A DNA stretch of 63,365 nucleotides, the filler included. It is 7 parts of 7 records of this genome, joined end to end, with 100 filler letters (N's around TTAATTAATTAA, not from the genome) between each part and the next. Parts side by side here need not be neighbours in the genome. Positions count along the whole stretch, not along the records: positions 56,974 to 63,365 come from SRR31156797_2315; 6 more parts are not named here. One strand, 5' to 3'. Shown in pieces: positions 60,213 through 63,365 of this stretch. The notes under the pieces were generated by a model. The model was not told the DNA's origin. It was given only the letters and a program-made list of their open reading frames with translations, and did no database searches. The translations under genes were made by a program, and so were the position numbers. Within the stretch, counting starts at the first letter, position 1. The number at the start of each line of letters is the position of its first letter.

Positions 60213-61856
60213 TTATTTTGATTCTTTGCGTTGTTCGATGTATTCGAGTGCCTTGCTCAGTGGCAACTGGGCGCTGGATGGACCGCTGCGGATGTAGAAG
60301 GCTTCATCATTCTTATTGATCACGAAGACGGGCTTTTCCGAAGGTGTACAGGCAAACACCATGACCTCTTTGCCTTGTACTTTTTTGACGTCATAGCGCA
60401 GGCTTGCGGAGAACTCTGCACCGATATGCTGGTTGAACACGTTCTTGACGTGCAGCATACAGCGGTCTTCATTTTCAAACGCATCCGCTCCGAGACCGAG
60501 TACTTCGCCATCGTCCGCGACGCCGATCAGCAGGATTCCTCCTTCGCTGTTCATGAAAGCAGCGATGGTTTTGAGCCAGGCGATTTCGATTTCCTTGCCG
60601 AACTTTTCGCTGCGGAGGTTCATCCGGATGGTGGACTTGAATTCCACGCGGTCGCCTTCGCCCGCACGAATTACATCGAGAATGTGCTGTTCATAGTTGT
60701 CCGAATCAAAGAGCGGATCGGGTTCGATGCGGAACTGTTTTCCGTACCGCCTCAGCACAATGACCGACACGACCACTCCTGCAACCAGGATGACGAGCGA
60801 CAGAATCACGGCTACGTAACCACTGCGATCCGACTCGCTGATGAAATCGGTTTCGGGAACTGCGACTCCGATCCAGGCCAGTCCTTCATCATCCGGGTTC
60901 AGTTTCGTCGCTCCGAACCAGCATCTCTGCCCCTCGCTCAGAAACGAGAAAATCTCTTTTATGTTCCTGTCTTTCCGTTTATTGAGTTCCCGTACGGCAT
61001 CAGCGACAATCGGATCGGACACCTGATCCACGGGGATAAACGCCCTGGGTTCTGTCTGCCCCTTGCTGTCCGGTTCGAACACATCGCCCTGATCATCGAA
61101 CAGAAAGACCTTACCGTTCGTATCCGGGCGGATTTTCTTCAGTTGTTCGAACAGCTCCGTCAATGTGAGGTCGATACCCACAACGTAGGTCAGCTCTTTC
61201 CCATCGACCGTTGCTGTCCATTTCATGGAACTGGTGACGCCCTTGATTCGACTTTCATCGAAAACATATGGGCTTGTCCAGCTGGATTGACCATCCTTTT
61301 CGTTCATTGCGACAGACCACCACTGCCTTTTTCTCGGATCGTAACTTCTCTGCTGAACCGTAGGCTTGCCATCAGGCTCATTCGCTTTCTTCCAGAATTG
61401 CACGTGAGCGCTGCCCGGCTGTCTTTCGGCATCGGTGAAGCGTGATTTCCACTTGCCGTCTTCGCGTGTCAGAAAGTAGGCCTGCCCGGCTGAGTTGCCG
61501 ATGACGATTCCCGAAATCTTCGGAAGAACATCCATAATCGGCATGAACTTGGCATTGAGCGATTCCACATCATTCAGGTCGGTCGGGATCGTTCCATCCT
61601 GGCCCCACTGCTGGATGATCTTCAACTGGTTTCCGATTGTCGTACCGAGCTGGCTGAACTCGGTACTCGCGCTGGTTCTCGCCTGGTCGATGTAGGAGTG
61701 AGACAGTTCCTGCCGCGTGTGATGCATGAACAACCCGCCCGTCACTGCAACGCCGAGCGCGGTGATGATCATGATTGCCACAATGATTCTTAGTGGACCA
61801 GAGCTGTATTTTTTCGATCCGGTCGAAGCCGGACATGGTGAATCTGAATCTGCCAC
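60213..61856 (-). CDS. Transmembrane protein: periplasmic dCache sensor fused to a cytoplasmic Schlafen/AlbA_2 domain
   Basis: TM1, YDPRKRQWW...WTSPY...VVGID (Cache), TM2, then GEGDRVEFKST, KTIAAFMNSEGGILLIGVADDG, FYIRSGPSS. Confidence 0.88.
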   Translation of the reverse strand: MADSDSPCPASTGSKKYSSGPLRIIVAIMIITALGVAVTGGLFMHHTRQELSHSYIDQARTSASTEFSQLGTTIGNQLKIIQQWGQDGTIPTDLNDVESLNAKFMPIMDVLPKISGIVIGNSAGQAYFLTREDGKWKSRFTDAERQPGSAHVQFWKKANEPDGKPTVQQRSYDPRKRQWWSVAMNEKDGQSSWTSPYVFDESRIKGVTSSMKWTATVDGKELTYVVGIDLTLTELFEQLKKIRPDTNGKVFLFDDQGDVFEPDSKGQTEPRAFIPVDQVSDPIVADAVRELNKRKDRNIKEIFSFLSEGQRCWFGATKLNPDDEGLAWIGVAVPETDFISESDRSGYVAVILSLVILVAGVVVSVIVLRRYGKQFRIEPDPLFDSDNYEQHILDVIRAGEGDRVEFKSTIRMNLRSEKFGKEIEIAWLKTIAAFMNSEGGILLIGVADDGEVLGLGADAFENEDRCMLHVKNVFNQHIGAEFSASLRYDVKKVQGKEVMVFACTPSEKPVFVINKNDEAFYIRSGPSSAQLPLSKALEYIEQRKESK

Positions 61857-61965
61857 AACGAACCCTCACGATCTTTCCGTGAATCGACGGTGTTCCCTCC
61901 TGCACACAGGAGGGATGTCATCGAAAAATCGTATCCCCCCTGCCCCTGATCCGCAAGAATGACAT

Positions 61966-62004
61966 AAAAAAGGCCTGGAATCCACTCTTCAATGATTCCT
62001 GGCC
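61966..62004 (-). terminator. Terminator after tryptophanase
   Basis: GGCC-GGAATC stem on the minus strand followed by TTTTTT. Confidence 0.6.
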
Positions 62005-62029
62005 CTCTCAATTGGCTGTTGTCTTCTTT

Positions 62030-63364
62030 TTACTTTTCTGCAAATTCACACGTGAAGTGCCGCAGGGCCGGCGGTTCCTTGACGATCTTCATGCCGCGAA
62101 GCTTGTCCCGCTCTGCATGCAGTTCGATGATCGCCTCGGCAACGTAGTCGATGTGCGACTGCGTATACATGCGACGCGGGATCGCCAGGCGGACCAGCTC
62201 CATCGCGGCGGGCTTGCCTTCCTGGGCGAACATCACGCTGCCGATTTCGCAGGCGCGGATACCACCATGGCGATACATGCCGCACGATAATGCCTGACCC
62301 GGGAATTCCAGCGGCGGGATGTGAGGGCAGAATGAAGCAGCATCGATATACACGGCGTGTCCTCCCGGGGGCTCGACGATCTGGATACCTGCATTGAGCA
62401 GTTTTTCCCCGAGATACTCGGCGGTACGGATGCGGTAGTGCAGATAGTCTTCGTGGAGGACTTCTTCGAATCCCTGGGCCATCGCTTCGAGATCGCGACC
62501 GGCCAGCCCGCCGTAGGTCGGGAAGCCTTCGGTGAGGATGAGCAGGTTGCCTGCCTGCTGTGCGAACTCGTCGTCACGGAACATCAGCACACCACCGATA
62601 TTCACCATGCCGTCCTTCTTGGCGCTGATCGTCGCCCCGTCGGCCAGGTCGAACATCTCGCGGACGATCTCGGCTACGGTGCGGTTTTCCTGGCCCGGCT
62701 CTCGCTGCTTGATGAACCATGCGTTTTCGGCAAAGCGGCACGCATCCAGGAACAGCGGCTTGTTGTACTTGTCACAGATGGCACGGATCTGACGGATGTT
62801 CTCCAGGCTGACCGGCTGACCACCACCGCTGTTGTTGGTGACCGTGATCATGACGATGGGGATTACATCCGGTCCGACTTCTTCGAATAGTTTTTCCAGC
62901 TTGGCCGGATCGAGATTGCCCTTGAACGGAGCGCGGCTCTTCGGATCTTTGCCTTCATCGACCACCAGGTCGACCGCCTTGGCACCGGAGTGCTCGACGT
63001 TTGCCCGCGTTGTGTCGAAGTGATTGTTGTTCGGCACGACTTTGCCGGGCCCGCCGACCACTTCGAACAGGATCCGCTCGCTTGCCCGGCCCTGGTGGGT
63101 CGGCAGGATATGATCGAATCCCGTGATCTCGTGAAGGCATTCATGAAACCGGAAGAAGCTCCGGGCTCCCGCGTAGGACTCATCGCCCCGCATGATCCCC
63201 GCCCACTGCTCGCTGCTCATCGCCCCGGTCCCGCTGTCGGTCAGCAGGTCGATCAGGACATCCTCGGCTCGCAGCTTGAAAACGTTAAACCCCGCCTGGT
63301 GAAGCTTTTCCTCGCGTTCCTCGCGGGTGGTCATGCGTATGGGTTCAACAACTTTGATTCTGAA
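62030..63364 (-). CDS. tnaA: Tryptophanase, 5'-truncated by the window edge
   Basis: FRIKVVEPI, IDLLTDSGT, THQGR, HFDTT, SAKKDG (PLP Lys), RLAIPRR, LRHFT; D in FDTT and H in LRHFT favour tryptophanase over tyrosine phenol-lyase. Confidence 0.9.
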   Translation of the reverse strand, partial: FRIKVVEPIRMTTREEREEKLHQAGFNVFKLRAEDVLIDLLTDSGTGAMSSEQWAGIMRGDESYAGARSFFRFHECLHEITGFDHILPTHQGRASERILFEVVGGPGKVVPNNNHFDTTRANVEHSGAKAVDLVVDEGKDPKSRAPFKGNLDPAKLEKLFEEVGPDVIPIVMITVTNNSGGGQPVSLENIRQIRAICDKYNKPLFLDACRFAENAWFIKQREPGQENRTVAEIVREMFDLADGATISAKKDGMVNIGGVLMFRDDEFAQQAGNLLILTEGFPTYGGLAGRDLEAMAQGFEEVLHEDYLHYRIRTAEYLGEKLLNAGIQIVEPPGGHAVYIDAASFCPHIPPLEFPGQALSCGMYRHGGIRACEIGSVMFAQEGKPAAMELVRLAIPRRMYTQSHIDYVAEAIIELHAERDKLRGMKIVKEPPALRHFTCEFAEK

Positions 63365-63365
63365 C

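Noticed and set aside
58402-61445. 329-aa (minus) and 404-aa (plus) ORFs
   Set aside because: They lie antisense within the RCC1 and Cache-Schlafen genes, which have clear domain motifs
62030-63364. Tyrosine phenol-lyase call
   Set aside because: FDTT and LRHFT match tryptophanase rather than TPL (FTTT, LRFFT)

Overview
This window is not one locus. It is seven unrelated contigs joined by six identical 100-nt artificial spacers (44 N + TTAATTAATTAA + 44 N), so adjacency across a spacer means nothing. Taxonomic labels are inferred from composition and protein style. (1) 1-18879, low-GC Clostridia-like: ferritin, a complete pyr operon (pyrR-pyrP-pyrB-pyrC-pyrF-carA-carB-pyrK-pyrD-pyrE) with a PyrR attenuator and a probable ArgR-controlled internal promoter, an L,D-transpeptidase/pseudo-VanX lipoprotein, a PAS-GGDEF-EAL protein and partial guaB. 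(2) 18980-29250, Desulfovibrionaceae-like: an unassigned glycyl radical enzyme, a PAS sigma54 activator, DUF4125-like + TauE/SafE genes and an APC permease, with three sigma54 promoters, plus a membrane protein/Tat-MBL/CobW-fusion operon. (3) 29351-36643, Methanosarcinaceae-like: LysE, multi-PAS histidine kinase, coiled-coil protein, two ATP-grasp paralogs. (4) 36744-43503, Bacteroidota-like: a coupled AlkB + DUF1848 + methyltransferase-like/SF1 helicase operon on a segment bounded by an exact 25-bp direct repeat of a gene 3' end. (5) 43604-49686, archaeal-type glycosylation cluster with a B12 radical SAM enzyme. (6) 49787-56873, GC-rich Spirochaetaceae-like: acyltransferase, membrane LuxR, ROK regulator, sugar ABC transporter. 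(7) 56974-63365, Planctomycetota-like: RCC1-repeat surface protein, a transmembrane Cache-Schlafen/AlbA_2 fusion and tryptophanase. Best candidates for undescribed systems: the AlkB-DUF1848-helicase island, the Cache-Schlafen receptor and the sigma54 glycyl radical enzyme regulon. All family assignments are by motif recognition, not database searches.
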